From the sequence record CP114870.1: a stretch of 32,000 nt of DNA; one strand, given 5' to 3'. Below are positions 31,702-32,000 of this stretch, piece by piece (positions within the stretch are counted from its first letter, which is position 1; every line of letters starts with the position of its first letter). The notes beneath the pieces are model-generated. The model ran no database searches. It had not been told where the DNA came from and saw only the letters and a list, made by a program, of their open reading frames with translations. Position numbers and translations under genes: made by a program.

Positions 31702-31930
31702 TTAAATGGAATACTTATTTTCATTAGATGTAGCAATATCAATTAAAGTATTTTCACTTATTCCTATTAAAGGTACAAATATTAAAAATCAAGCAAAATA
31801 CTGTAGCAAATTGACCTATTTCTAAATAAGGTGATGCGGGGTGTTGAGAACCAATCCACATTAAAATAATAAAATCAACAACAAAGAACCAGAAAGCTAA
31901 TTTCATAGCTGGTCTAAATTGATTTCCTCT
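31702..31930 (-). CDS. cob: Apocytochrome b, terminal exon. As written, it needs a one-nucleotide frame correction near 31796-31801.
   Basis: Phase A: RGNQFRPAMKLAFWFFVVDFIILMWIGSQHPASPYLEIGQFATVF. Phase B: YFAWFLIFVPLIGISENTLIDIATSNENKYSI* (W=TGA at 31789-31791, TAA at 31702-31704). Both match the conserved Cob C-terminus (..RG.QFRP..K..FW...IGQ..T..YF..FL..VP....EN.L). An in-frame TAG immediately upstream (31931-33) and a G at 31931 fit a group I 3' splice site. Confidence 0.75.
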
Positions 31931-32000
31931 CTACATACCTTCTTCTACTAATTTTACATATCTTGAAAGTCGTTTATTATTCTTTCTATTTCGAATACTG
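31931..32000 (-). other. 3' end of a cob intron (partial; probably group I)
   Basis: The coding frame is closed by TAG directly upstream of RGNQFRP. The sequence ends ..GGTATGTAG| with a terminal G. The rest lies outside the window. Confidence 0.5.

Overview
Very AT-rich fungal-type mitochondrial DNA. All identifications were made by eye against remembered conserved motifs; no database search was run.

Nearly everything is encoded on the minus strand. In transcriptional order (high to low coordinates) the window holds:
- the last exon of cob, preceded by the tail of a group I intron
- cox2 (3 exons including a 39-nt micro-exon, 2 group I introns)
- cox3 (3 exons, 2 group I introns)
- nad4L/nad5 (1-nt TAATG overlap)
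- a free-standing rps3
- a lone trnH on the plus strand
- an orphan membrane ORF (orf356)
- rnl (5' end near 7533, 2 group I introns, running off the left edge)

The introns carry six homing-endonuclease reading frames: one GIY-YIG and three intact LAGLIDADG, plus two decayed LAGLIDADG.

TGA sits at conserved Trp positions, so translation table 4 applies. The supplied standard-code ORF track therefore misses the cox2 intron-2 endonuclease entirely. It also splits rps3 in two and truncates the cox3 intron-2 endonuclease.

Observations most worth a second look:
- a composite cox2 intron with two endonuclease frames and no terminal G at the homology-defined 3' splice site
- an apparent frameshift in the cob 3' exon
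- a 38-nt repeat shared by the nad4L leader and the 5' end of orf356
- a strand-specific family of (A4-7C)n tracts, and C-runs on the sense strand placed after ORFs
- a possible 685-codon rps3 created by one in-frame TGA

No CRISPR, prophage or bacterial-type defence content is present.
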